Shown here: positions 54,923 through 64,000 of the stretch, piece by piece
Layout: every line of letters starts with the position of its first letter
How positions within the stretch are numbered: the first letter of the stretch is position 1
DNA from: a virus
DNA length: 64,000 nt
IMG/VR virus record: IMGVR_UViG_3300029217_000180
Reading direction: 5' to 3' (one strand)
Program-made: the position numbers and the translations under genes
Notes under the pieces: model-generated
What the model saw: only the letters and a program-made list of their open reading frames with translations
What the model was told of the DNA's origin: nothing
The model's database searches: none

Positions 54923-57148
54923 ATGCAGAAAGTATCAAATGAATACAAGGCAAGCATGAAAAGCTCTCTGAGAGAGCGATCATATATGATGATTTCATTC
55001 GGTCTGGTAAATCAGGAAGCACAGGCCAATGCAACCGTCATGGGTAACAACTTTGCCTACTATTCAAAGCAGACCGGTTTATTCGGTCAGCGAAAAGAGA
55101 CAACCGTATATGCCACATTGGAGCAGGATTTCACAAAGGTAGACGGCTCTATGTATTTTCTTCCAAGAGAGAATACTTCCGGGAACTACTACGACACCGG
55201 TTTGGTAAGCAAACCTCTGATTCCGGCAAGCGGATATGAGCTGCTTATCGAACTGAATGTTGTAGCAACGGACATTAAAGGACTGACTATCAATTTTGGA
55301 GAGGTTTATCCTACTCGGTTCGACATACTCACGAGTAGCGGACAGAGGATAGAGATTGTTGACAACGATCAGTCAGAGTTCAGTACAGAACAGGTGTTAG
55401 AGAATACCACATATATAAAATTCATCTTCTATAAGATGAAAAATCCATATTCCAGACTGAGGATTTATTCAATTCAGTTAGGCTACGGTCTTGTTTATTA
55501 CAATGACGATATTATGGATTCTAAATTAGACAGCTACATATCCCCAATTTGCGAGGATGTTCCACAGATAGATTTCATGGTTAAGCTGCAGAACTACGAT
55601 CAGTATTTCAATGTAGACAATCCAAACTCAGCAATTAACTTCTTGGAGACAGGGCAGGAGATGTATGTCTGGTACGGTTATCAGTTGCCGAACTCAGACA
55701 CTATCGAATGGATAAGAGGGGCAAAGTTACAGTGTAGTGCATGGGAAAGTGATGATTACTCGGCAACGATAAGGTGTCAGGATCTTTTCAGAAACATGGA
55801 CGAGGAATATTACAAAGGCTGCTATGCTCCGGCAGGAATCACATATTACCATGCAGCAGAGTTGGTTTTTCAGGATGCCGGAATTGAGGAATACTACATT
55901 GATCCGTACCTCAAAAAGTCAACCACAAAAAACCCCATACCGAGAGTTAAACACAAAGAGGCCTTACAGATTATCGCTAATGCCTGCAGATGTGTTCTTT
56001 CACAGAACCGGTACGGCAGACCACAAATTAAATCCTCATTCGCACCGGAGTACGACATAACGTGCAACGGAGAGACAGAGTATTCCCATGTTCGGAATAT
56101 AAAGAGTGAGACTGCAAAACAGGAGTACGCTTCATTTGCACACAACTACACCACTGTAAATGCAGAAATGTATTATCTCCCGGAGAACCAGAGTAAGGCA
56201 GATAAGTACACCGGATATATTTCATTACAGCAGTCCAATAAGGATTGCCTGTTTGAAGAAAATCCGATTATCTACATCACTCAGGAAACCGCCTGCATGT
56301 ACTATGGTTTGCAGTTGATGTTCGGTTCTACACTGCCGGACGGAATTATATTCAGGACTTTCAATGACGGCAAAAAGGTGGATGAGTATGAGGTAAATTC
56401 GGACATTACAAAGAGGCTGATAGTGCAGCACGATTTTGATGATTTTGATTTGATGGAGATTGAGTTCACAAAGACAAAAGAGCCATTCAACCGCATAGTC
56501 GTTGATTACTTCTCATTTGGCGATATAACGGATTTTACGATGGAAAGGCAGGATATGACCTCTTCTCCAAAATCAATCAAACAGGAGCTTGTCAAGGCTG
56601 TCAGAGTGCCATGCTATTCCTACCAGAAAGGAACTGCGGAAGAAACTCTTATCAGTGAAGAGACTGAGGCAGTAAAGGGAGATATTCAGACGTATTATCT
56701 CGGAGATCCGACTTATGGATGCAGAGCTACGTTCAATTCCTCAGCATCAAACGTCAGCATTGTAGAAAGCGGAGATTATTATGTGACAGTTAAGTTTCTG
56801 ATTACTGGCAAGTACCAGTTTGAAATTATAGGACACAGATACAACATTGTTGAGCAGTATGCCGTAAAAACGCTCAATAGCAGAGGAAAGACCATAACAT
56901 GGAAAAATCCTTTGGTAAGCGATATGGAAACAGCAAACCACTTGGCAGACTGGCTTGGGGATTATTACAACGCCGGTATTGAATACGAATACAATACCCG
57001 TGGAAATCCAGAGATTGATGCGAACGACATTGTTTATCAAGAGAACGCATACCGCCCCGGATTAAAGGTAAATATCTACCGCCACATTGTTAATTTCTCA
57101 CAGAGCTTATCTGGAAAGGTAATTGCCCGTAGGGTATCAGAAAAATAA
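54923..57148 (+). CDS. distal tail/baseplate protein (Dit/Tal-like)
   Basis: 742 aa, position after TMP. Confidence 0.5.
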   Translation: MQKVSNEYKASMKSSLRERSYMMISFGLVNQEAQANATVMGNNFAYYSKQTGLFGQRKETTVYATLEQDFTKVDGSMYFLPRENTSGNYYDTGLVSKPLIPASGYELLIELNVVATDIKGLTINFGEVYPTRFDILTSSGQRIEIVDNDQSEFSTEQVLENTTYIKFIFYKMKNPYSRLRIYSIQLGYGLVYYNDDIMDSKLDSYISPICEDVPQIDFMVKLQNYDQYFNVDNPNSAINFLETGQEMYVWYGYQLPNSDTIEWIRGAKLQCSAWESDDYSATIRCQDLFRNMDEEYYKGCYAPAGITYYHAAELVFQDAGIEEYYIDPYLKKSTTKNPIPRVKHKEALQIIANACRCVLSQNRYGRPQIKSSFAPEYDITCNGETEYSHVRNIKSETAKQEYASFAHNYTTVNAEMYYLPENQSKADKYTGYISLQQSNKDCLFEENPIIYITQETACMYYGLQLMFGSTLPDGIIFRTFNDGKKVDEYEVNSDITKRLIVQHDFDDFDLMEIEFTKTKEPFNRIVVDYFSFGDITDFTMERQDMTSSPKSIKQELVKAVRVPCYSYQKGTAEETLISEETEAVKGDIQTYYLGDPTYGCRATFNSSASNVSIVESGDYYVTVKFLITGKYQFEIIGHRYNIVEQYAVKTLNSRGKTITWKNPLVSDMETANHLADWLGDYYNAGIEYEYNTRGNPEIDANDIVYQENAYRPGLKVNIYRHIVNFSQSLSGKVIARRVSEK

Positions 57149-57172
57149 GAACAGAAAGGAAGAGGAAAATGA

Positions 57173-58060
57173 ATGGCTATTAAATCCGTACAGGCTATCG
57201 TAAATGGCGTGACTACCACACTCACATACGACAGCAAATCAAAGACTTACAAGGCTACGCTTACAGCTCCGGCAAAGTCCTCATACAATCAGTCAGGACA
57301 TTATTACGGAGTACAGATCATCGCCAAGGATGAGGCCGGCAACACGACTACTGTAAACCAGTCGGATGCCACACTCGGAAGCAAGCTGAGGCTTACGGTA
57401 AAAGAGAAAACCGCACCGGTTATCACAATCTCTTCTCCGACAGCATCACAGTTACTTACGAGCAATCAGCCGACAATTTCATTCACAGTCACAGATGATG
57501 ATTCTGGTGTCAATCCAGATACAATCAAACTGCTTATTGATGGTTCTGAAATATCTGGAATCACAAAGACAAAGACAACGTCCGGTTATTCATGCAGTTA
57601 TAAACCGTCCACAGCACTTTCAGACGGTTCACACACCGTTGTTGTAAAAGCATCCGACTATGACGGCAATGCAGCTACTCAAAAGAGTGTTTCATTCAAG
57701 ATCGATACTGTACCGCCTGAGTTATCAGTTACAAGTCCGGTAAACAAACTCGTCACGAATAAAACCACAGTAACGGTAGCCGGAACTACCAACGATGCAA
57801 CATCAAGTCCGGTTACGCTGACAATCAACGGCAGTGCAGTAACTGTATATGACGATGGTACTTTCTCAAAGGATATAACCCTGAAAGATGGCTCAAACAC
57901 CATTACCGTTGTAGCAAAGGACGGAGCCGGAAGAACCACGACCGTCACAAGAACAGTAACCCTCGATACAAAAGCACCGGTTATCTCAGATGTTTCATTG
58001 GCACCGAACCCGGCGGATGTCGGAGCAACCTATGTAATTTCTGTTTCGGTAACAGATTAG
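57173..58060 (+). CDS. tail protein with tandem bacterial Ig-like domains
   Basis: repeated ..TAPVITISSP...DG.HTVVVKA.D..GN / TVPPELSVTSP.. / TKAPVISDVS.. units. Confidence 0.55.
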   Translation: MAIKSVQAIVNGVTTTLTYDSKSKTYKATLTAPAKSSYNQSGHYYGVQIIAKDEAGNTTTVNQSDATLGSKLRLTVKEKTAPVITISSPTASQLLTSNQPTISFTVTDDDSGVNPDTIKLLIDGSEISGITKTKTTSGYSCSYKPSTALSDGSHTVVVKASDYDGNAATQKSVSFKIDTVPPELSVTSPVNKLVTNKTTVTVAGTTNDATSSPVTLTINGSAVTVYDDGTFSKDITLKDGSNTITVVAKDGAGRTTTVTRTVTLDTKAPVISDVSLAPNPADVGATYVISVSVTD

Positions 58061-58070
58061 GCGGTGCGGC

Positions 58071-58277
58071 ATGGCAGCTAACATATTGGTAAGGGACGTT
58101 ACGATAAGTCCAAACCCCGTGCAGGCAAAGGGGAAATACACAATCTCAGTTTCCATTGAGGAACTGAAAGGCGTTGCATTTGTCGGCAATTATGTTGGCT
58201 CCTATGTCAATATATCAGACAAGGAAATTCCTGATAAATTGCCACTGGCATACGTTGGCAATTACACCAAAGGATAG
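58071..58277 (+). CDS. small protein homologous to last Ig-like unit of upstream gene
   Basis: ISPNPVQAKGKYTISVSIEE parallels LAPNPADVGATYVISVSVTD. Confidence 0.3.
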   Translation: MAANILVRDVTISPNPVQAKGKYTISVSIEELKGVAFVGNYVGSYVNISDKEIPDKLPLAYVGNYTKG

Positions 58278-58290
58278 GAGGCGATGAATA

Positions 58291-58908
58291 ATGGCTGATA
58301 TAGCAAATGTCACAGGAACACTTGACGATAAAGAACTGAATTTTCAGCACTCTATCGGAACCGTATATAAAGCCTCCGCAAGCATAGATGGTTCGGAAAA
58401 GGATCATGTAGCCGTATTGACGGCAACGGATTCTGCCGGGAATAGTACAACGGAAACAATGGTTATTTCTATCTCGGGTTCCTGGACCACTCCAAAAACA
58501 GATTGGTACGGTTACACAGACGATGATGGGATTTATCACGGAGACCGGTTCAACACGGAGGATTTCAACCGGATAAAGAACAACCTCGCATATCTCAGAG
58601 AGATAGCCGTGGCAATGTACCAGGAGTTTTCCATAAATGATCTGGGAGACGATAGGAGCAAAGACAAGTATTTTTATGCGGATGAGATAAATCAGTTGGA
58701 AGAAAACATTAAGCTCATAGCTGAAAACACATTTAAGCCGGACATAGGGGAGAACCCCTTATACACAGCGAATGGAAAGATTTTTGATTTCAACGAACTC
58801 AACCGCATTGAAAGCCTAATTTTGGATTTATTCAATCAGTTATTAAACCAATACAGAGGTCGGCAGATGCTTACCTTTAACTTTGGCATAAGGAGGGAGG
58901 CGTTCTAA
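58291..58908 (+). CDS. hypothetical tail protein
   Basis: 205-aa ORF. Confidence 0.4.
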   Translation: MADIANVTGTLDDKELNFQHSIGTVYKASASIDGSEKDHVAVLTATDSAGNSTTETMVISISGSWTTPKTDWYGYTDDDGIYHGDRFNTEDFNRIKNNLAYLREIAVAMYQEFSINDLGDDRSKDKYFYADEINQLEENIKLIAENTFKPDIGENPLYTANGKIFDFNELNRIESLILDLFNQLLNQYRGRQMLTFNFGIRREAF

Positions 58909-59697
58909 GTGGCGTGGGAACGATTAAAGACAGACTACAAGGATGCCGTATGGTCCGGTCTGCGGAAGTTCATACCTATTGATAATGGAGACGGCAGTTA
59001 TTCCGTAAAAGATGTGACCCAGTACACAGTGTACGATGAATCGTTTTTCGGTGCGTATGATGCCAACCGCATCAATACAGCCGTCAACGCAATCATGGCA
59101 GCATTGGAAAACGGAACAGATTTGTATGAGGTATTCACAGAGTTTTTTGAGAACCAGAAAGTTGAGTTTGACAAGAGAGCAAATCTGGATCTCGACTCAT
59201 TCAATATCTTTCTCGACAATTTGCAGGCAACGGCAAATGCGGATGTTGTGCAGTTAAAGAAAGACTACACATCTGAAATGACAACGTTTGAGAACAATCA
59301 GGAAATATTGTTTAATCAATGGTTTTCAATGATTAAAGATCAGTTGTCAGCGGATGCAGCCGGAAAATTACAGAATGAAATCAACGATGTGGAAACCCAC
59401 ATCAGAAACCTTGCAGTGAAGATACATTTCAACGATACCGTTGGAACTGCTGCTGCAATAACTGTACAAAATGTAACATCCGGTAACAAATATACTATTA
59501 CAGATTATACTCAGCCTTTGTATCTCACAGAGGCAGGAGAGTACACAATAAGCATTGCGAATGACAACTATATAGTTGCCCCAAAAACATTTTCTATCAG
59601 CAATGCGGATCTTATGACACATAAGACTTTCAGAATCATGGACGGCAACGGATTGGCGTTTGTCGATGGTTTTGTAGGAGCCTATGTAAATAAATAA
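58909..59697 (+). CDS. hypothetical tail protein (GTG start)
   Basis: AAGGAGGGAGG RBS then GTG. Confidence 0.45.
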   Translation: MAWERLKTDYKDAVWSGLRKFIPIDNGDGSYSVKDVTQYTVYDESFFGAYDANRINTAVNAIMAALENGTDLYEVFTEFFENQKVEFDKRANLDLDSFNIFLDNLQATANADVVQLKKDYTSEMTTFENNQEILFNQWFSMIKDQLSADAAGKLQNEINDVETHIRNLAVKIHFNDTVGTAAAITVQNVTSGNKYTITDYTQPLYLTEAGEYTISIANDNYIVAPKTFSISNADLMTHKTFRIMDGNGLAFVDGFVGAYVNK

Positions 59698-59711
59698 CGG
59701 AGGTAGACAAA

Positions 59712-60155
59712 ATGAGAGATTTCCCTAAGAGACTTGCAACCGCCGAGGACATTAGAAATTGTAAATCCTTGGTGGATGATGGCGCATTTGCAGCAAAAGA
59801 CCTGTTGGAAGCCATCGAAGATCTTGAAAACATGAATTATCTTCACTGCCCTATCCTTGCGGTAGGAGAGGATAAGAAAACAGTAACTATCAACTATTGT
59901 GCAGAGGCAAAGGCCGGAACAAAGGCAATCGTTGGCAACAAGACTGTGAACATCACGAATGTTACCCACGAAGAGGGAGAACCGGATGAGCACACTGGAG
60001 ATACCCAGTTGGAAACAACCATTATCTCCACTTCCGCTATGGTTTCTACCGAAGCCACGGAAATTGCAGTTACCGCACCTTACACAATTTATGACAGTCT
60101 CGGCATGACAGCCGAAGAACTGAATCAGATCAAGGAGGAATTGGCTAATGAGTAA
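59712..60155 (+). CDS. hypothetical protein
   Basis: 147-aa ORF. Confidence 0.4.
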   Translation: MRDFPKRLATAEDIRNCKSLVDDGAFAAKDLLEAIEDLENMNYLHCPILAVGEDKKTVTINYCAEAKAGTKAIVGNKTVNITNVTHEEGEPDEHTGDTQLETTIISTSAMVSTEATEIAVTAPYTIYDSLGMTAEELNQIKEELANE

Positions 60156-61251
60156 ATTCTACGGTTATGATGAGGCAATGGAGAATGATATTGCAAAGAT
60201 AACCACTCCAAAACTTGCTCTCATGTCTGATGTGGTGGCATCAGACAAGAAATTCATCCGCATGGAGAACGGAGCACTTACTGTAATCGCCGGAGTTCTG
60301 ATTGCAGTAGGAAATTCTGTTTTTAAGACAGAAAAGACCACACTCACAGCAAGCAATTTTGACGGAACAGCTTCAAAATTTGAAGTCGGAAAAGATTACT
60401 GCATTTATATCTGTGATCCTACTGGCGGAGATGCCACGAACTTTGCCGCAGAACAGTATCGTATTTCCCTTAATACGACATATCCAAACGGTTATACAGC
60501 AGTTACATCAAGAAAGATCGGCGGTTTCCATTACGGCGTAGTCAGAAAAACAAATAGTTCCGGTATTCCAATCAGCGCATCAGGCGCGGCATTAGGAAGT
60601 GGATGGGAAACAAACGTAACAGAGGGGATTGTTCCTAACTCTGTATGGACTCTTCTCCACAGGCCTACTTGCGATCCTACCGGAATGGTTTATATCGGAC
60701 CGTTCTGGGGAGACATATATCTTTCATCCGACAATGGTGCCAGTGGTTTGCAGAGCAAAAAGGGTGCTGTGCCGATTACTGGAACAGAGGGATTAAACTG
60801 GTATATCGCCAACGAGAGAGCTATGAGAGTAGGCAAGAGACTTCCTACCTACGCTGAGTTCTGTAAGGGTGCATACGGATCTCCGCAGGGAGCGGACGGC
60901 AACAACACTTACGCATGGTCCGCAACTTCCAATACAGCAAGAACCACTTGCGGAAATGTTAAGAACGCAGTTTCTGCAACGAACGTTCGAGACCTTGTTG
61001 GAAACGTATGGAAGTGGCTTGATGAGTTCATTCACGACCCTACCGGATCAGCATGGAACTGGTATGACGTTATGAGCGGTCAGAAAGTTGGCCAGCTTTA
61101 CATGGCCAACAACACCGGTTTGCGCGCGCTCGTTGGCGGTGGCGACTGGGACAACGGGGTTCACGATGGTTCGCGGACTGTGAGTTGCGGCAATTGTCCG
61201 TGGCACGTGAACGCGGACGTTGGCGTGTGGTGCGTCTGTGACTCGCTGTAA
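60148..61251 (+). CDS. tail fibre / receptor-binding protein; DGR target with C-terminal lectin-fold variable region
   Basis: C-terminal 127 nt (VR) match template repeat 61750-61876 with all 12 differences at template adenines. Confidence 0.7.
   Translation: MSKFYGYDEAMENDIAKITTPKLALMSDVVASDKKFIRMENGALTVIAGVLIAVGNSVFKTEKTTLTASNFDGTASKFEVGKDYCIYICDPTGGDATNFAAEQYRISLNTTYPNGYTAVTSRKIGGFHYGVVRKTNSSGIPISASGAALGSGWETNVTEGIVPNSVWTLLHRPTCDPTGMVYIGPFWGDIYLSSDNGASGLQSKKGAVPITGTEGLNWYIANERAMRVGKRLPTYAEFCKGAYGSPQGADGNNTYAWSATSNTARTTCGNVKNAVSATNVRDLVGNVWKWLDEFIHDPTGSAWNWYDVMSGQKVGQLYMANNTGLRALVGGGDWDNGVHDGSRTVSCGNCPWHVNADVGVWCVCDSL
61117..61243 (+). repeat. DGR variable repeat (VR)
   Basis: 127/127 alignable to TR; mismatches only where TR has A. 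Confidence 0.8.
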
Positions 61252-61295
61252 GCTGATGGGGACCGGCGAAAGCCGAGTCCCTTGCAGTTGAAAGG

Positions 61296-61706
61296 TTGGG
61301 TGTAATGGCATACGAAAGCAAATATGAAAATCCCTCCACTCTGAAAATGGACTACATCCATACAGAAGCACACCAGATGGCCTACGACCTATCGGTATAT
61401 CTCCACAAGAAAGTGAGAGAAATGCCACATTATGAGAAATTCACTCTCCAAAAGGATATACGAGAATGTATAGACGGAATCATGGATGAGATAGAAGCAT
61501 ACGAGAGGTCAAAGACAATCAGCCATCTTTACACAGCCGACAGGTTGAAAGGAAGATTGGTACGGAAAATCCGATTGGCACATGATCTCAAATATTCTGC
61601 AATGAACGACAGAGTATACAAATATTGTGCAACACAGATCGGTATTCTTGGTGCGTATATCGGAGGGTTAATAAACAAAGCACAAAAGGAAAAGAAATCA
61701 AAATAA
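61296..61706 (+). CDS. avd: DGR accessory variability determinant (Avd)-like protein
   Basis: 136-aa basic helical protein between target gene and TR/RT, canonical DGR position. Confidence 0.6.
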   Translation: MGVMAYESKYENPSTLKMDYIHTEAHQMAYDLSVYLHKKVREMPHYEKFTLQKDIRECIDGIMDEIEAYERSKTISHLYTADRLKGRLVRKIRLAHDLKYSAMNDRVYKYCATQIGILGAYIGGLINKAQKEKKSK

Positions 61707-61749
61707 GCAACTATCTTGGGGTAGCTGTTAATTCGCACTGTCGCTCCGT

Positions 61750-61876
61750 GGTTTGCACGCGCTCATTGGCGGTGGCAACTGGAACAACGGGGTTCACGAT
61801 GGTTCGCGGACTGTGAATTGCAACAATTATCCGTGGAACGTGAACACGAACATTGGCGTGTGGTGCGTCTGTGACT
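61750..61876 (+). repeat. DGR template repeat (TR)
   Basis: noncoding copy of VR rich in AAC codons, upstream of RT. Confidence 0.8.
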
Positions 61877-62045
61877 ATTTTGAAAACTGTCAGATTGGTG
61901 GAGCTATGGCTTGCCAACAAGGATTATTTGATAATCATTTATTGAATAGTCAGACGGCTATCCCGTCCCGTGCAAACCGGGCGAACTTAAAACAGCGAAG
62001 CCAAATAGTAGCGAAAGCGAAGGAAGTGTGGCGTAAGCATTATTT

Positions 62046-63074
62046 ATGAAGAGAATAACAGGTCTTATGAAAAACATCTGTACCATGAAGAACGCATTAA
62101 ACGCATACCAAAAAGCGAGGCGGTGCAAAAGGTACAGACCGGAGGTTTTGGAGTTTGAAGCAAACAGAGAGGAATATCTCGGCAAAGCCATTCGGGAATT
62201 GGAAAGTTTGACATATACTCCTGGAAAGTACAAGGTATTCAAAGTTTGGGAACCCAAAGAGCGTATAATCATGGCTTTGCCATTTTACGATAGGGTTATC
62301 CAACATATGATTGTCAATTACATAGAGCCGATATTTGAGCATCAGTTCATCTACCATTCCTACGCTTGCAGAAAAGGGAAAGGTGCTCACAGAGCCAGCA
62401 AGCAGTTGACAAGGTGGTTATATAATCTGGAAGTTGTGCAAGGTAAATCAGTCTATGTACTGAAAGCCGACATACACCATTACTTCCAGAGCATAGACCA
62501 CAAGGTTCTGAAAAGAGAAATTAGAACCTACATTAAAGACAAGGACTTACTCGTAATCCTTGACCGGATAATAGACCATAATGGGATATTCCCGGATGGT
62601 GTCGGCATACCGGTTGGAAATCTTACGAGCCAACTATTTGCCAACGTGTATTTACACCGATTGGATATGTTCGTAAAACATACACTTCATGCAGAACACT
62701 ACATGAGATATATGGATGATTTTGTGATTATATCAGAGGATCTTGAACAGTTGAAACGGTGGGAGAAACAGATAGAAATATTCCTTGCGGATGTTCTTAA
62801 ATTACAATTAAATCCAAAAACAACCATTGTTTATGCAAAGAACGGAGTGGATTTTGTTGGATATAGGCATTGGAACTCTACGAAGAAAATCAGAAAGGAT
62901 GCTATGCGTAGACTGAAACGCCTTATGAAGAATTTCAAAGATGGAACTATCACGGAAGAATTTTTCGACAAATCGTTTACAAGTAGAATTGGTTCGATAA
63001 AACACGCCGACACCTATAATCTGGTGCAGAAGATCACCTGTGAAGCAAAGGAGTTAAAGGAAAGTCATGCGTGA
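62046..63074 (+). CDS. DGR reverse transcriptase
   Basis: RT motifs incl. PVGNLTSQLFANVYL (DGR-type SQ motif) and YMDDFVI. Confidence 0.85.
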   Translation: MKRITGLMKNICTMKNALNAYQKARRCKRYRPEVLEFEANREEYLGKAIRELESLTYTPGKYKVFKVWEPKERIIMALPFYDRVIQHMIVNYIEPIFEHQFIYHSYACRKGKGAHRASKQLTRWLYNLEVVQGKSVYVLKADIHHYFQSIDHKVLKREIRTYIKDKDLLVILDRIIDHNGIFPDGVGIPVGNLTSQLFANVYLHRLDMFVKHTLHAEHYMRYMDDFVIISEDLEQLKRWEKQIEIFLADVLKLQLNPKTTIVYAKNGVDFVGYRHWNSTKKIRKDAMRRLKRLMKNFKDGTITEEFFDKSFTSRIGSIKHADTYNLVQKITCEAKELKESHA

Positions 63075-63279
63075 TGGAAGTTATGTCATTGTAGATAGGC
63101 TGTGTGAGGCAACCACACAACTGCTTGAAATAATTAAAAAGCAGGAAGAAATCATTGAGCAGTGCAGAATATCGGATGAACTGCATAAGGAACTCGATGA
63201 TATGAAAAACGACGTGGATCAGAAGATGGATTTAATTGAGTATGATTTGAGATCATACAGACGGGAGCGTGAAGAATGA
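63067..63279 (+). CDS. hypothetical coiled-coil protein
   Basis: 70-aa ORF. Confidence 0.35.
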   Translation: MRDGSYVIVDRLCEATTQLLEIIKKQEEIIEQCRISDELHKELDDMKNDVDQKMDLIEYDLRSYRREREE

Positions 63280-63614
63280 TAGATTTTATCGTGAAATATT
63301 GGATCGAGTTTCTTTTTGGATTGATAATCAGTGGAATGGGCGTGATGGCGAAGCTGATGTACAATCAGCACTTAAAAAACAAAGCCATTGACAAGGGCGT
63401 AGAAGCTCTTTTAAGAAATGGTATCGTTCAGACATACAATAAGTGGTCTGAGAGGGGTTACTGCCCCATATACGCACGAGAGAACGCCACAAGGATGTAT
63501 GAACCTTATCACATACTTGGCGGAAATGATGTTGCGACAGACTTAATCGAAGATCTGAAAGGACTACCGACAGAACCGCAAAAGAAGAAAGAGGGTGTAG
63601 AAGATGATACTTAA
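63276..63614 (+). CDS. holin-like membrane protein
   Basis: N-terminal TM helix WIEFLFGLIISGMGV, 112 aa, end of structural module. Confidence 0.4.
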   Translation: MIDFIVKYWIEFLFGLIISGMGVMAKLMYNQHLKNKAIDKGVEALLRNGIVQTYNKWSERGYCPIYARENATRMYEPYHILGGNDVATDLIEDLKGLPTEPQKKKEGVEDDT

Positions 63615-64000
63615 AATTTTTATAGGTTTCGCTCTCGGTTACATTGCAGCTTGCGTGACATTTTACATCCTGCAGAAAAGAGAGCGTAGGCGGAGAAAAG
63701 AGAAGAAAAAGAAAGTAAGCCTGAACACCTATGCAAAGGTAGCCACTACTGCGGTATTGGCTCATGGGATGATCCTTACATCGTGTTCCTATGTTCTCTC
63801 ATGGATAGGCATGGACCCGGTGGTGGATGTATCAAGCACAATCGTCAAAGAAATCGTAGCTCCATTGGTGGTTTACCTTGGAACAAATACGATTATGAAC
63901 ATCTTTGAAAAGAACAAACTCAGTTTTTCAGTACCAATCAACAGCACCGTCATAAGCAAAGACGGAACCACACACAAAGCCTCTGATGATGAGGCAGTAG
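63603..64000 (+). CDS. membrane protein, partial (runs off window end)
   Basis: ATG at 63603, TM helix FIGFALGYIAACVTFYIL, basic RRRRKEKKKK loop, second hydrophobic segment. Confidence 0.3.

Noticed and set aside
61753-62049. 98-aa ORF MHALIGGGNWNNGVHDG..
   Set aside because: It is the translation of the DGR template repeat (noncoding RNA template), not a gene.
1-64000. CRISPR array
   Set aside because: No regularly spaced direct repeats with unique spacers were seen. The only tandem repeats are the TMP coding repeats and AGAGCCGTG x2 at 29022-29040.

Overview
The whole 64 kb window reads as a tailed-phage (siphovirus-like) genome or prophage of a low-GC Gram-positive host: AGGAGG-type ribosome-binding sites, about 43% GC.

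Layout:
- 1-10464 (+): early and DNA-metabolism genes. A PAPS-reductase/DndC-like PP-loop ATPase split by a frameshift at a G7 tract, MazG-like, MazF/PemK-like, a Pol-beta nucleotidyltransferase next to a small radical-SAM protein, an HNH endonuclease, two DNA methyltransferases (NPPY and DPPY types), a HAD hydrolase, a Gp37/Gp68 (DUF5131) protein, and a PD-(D/E)XK-like protein. This block ends at a bidirectional terminator.
- 10480-18658 (-): leftward operon with a lipoprotein, an RtcB RNA ligase, a catalytic-domain-only tyrosine recombinase, an FtsK/SpoIIIE-like ATPase and about ten unknown proteins.
- 18660-20800: GC-rich switch region with palindromic operators, divergent promoters, GCGGTT repeats and a CA-rich tract. 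It holds a Cro-like helix-turn-helix gene and a terminase-small-subunit-like gene.
- 20900-30973 (+): small phage genes (a second MazG-like, a DEDDh exonuclease, a LemA pair), the terminase large subunit and an XRE helix-turn-helix regulator.
- 30992-36186: a promoter-driven array of tRNA genes. Phe, Met, Tyr, Glu, Arg, Asn, Ser x2, Asp and an initiator fMet are parsed; Thr and Ile lie further downstream. Band-7 (SPFH) and HU genes are embedded in it. It also contains unusual tRNA-like genes with 45-60 nt insertions that share a conserved GTGAY..ACAGCAAW module, and it ends in three small hairpin / tRNA-like Y-RNA-like elements.
- 36204-37655: a protein with a von Willebrand A (vWA) domain carrying a MIDAS metal-binding motif, probably Ro60/TROVE-like, sits right after those elements. 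A second small radical-SAM protein follows.
- 42160-64000: portal, head morphogenesis protein, a Lys-rich basic protein, scaffold, major capsid protein, connector and tail genes, a 1561-aa tape measure protein with tandem repeats, tail and fibre proteins, a complete diversity-generating retroelement (lectin-fold variable region in a tail fibre, Avd, template repeat, reverse transcriptase) and holin-like genes.

The major capsid gene and the tail-chaperone gene each carry a downstream -1-frame extension reachable by a slip on a G5 run.

Most novel candidate: a phage-encoded Ro60-like vWA protein plus Y-RNA-like / tRNA-mimic RNAs, with RtcB and a tRNA array carrying motif-bearing insertions.
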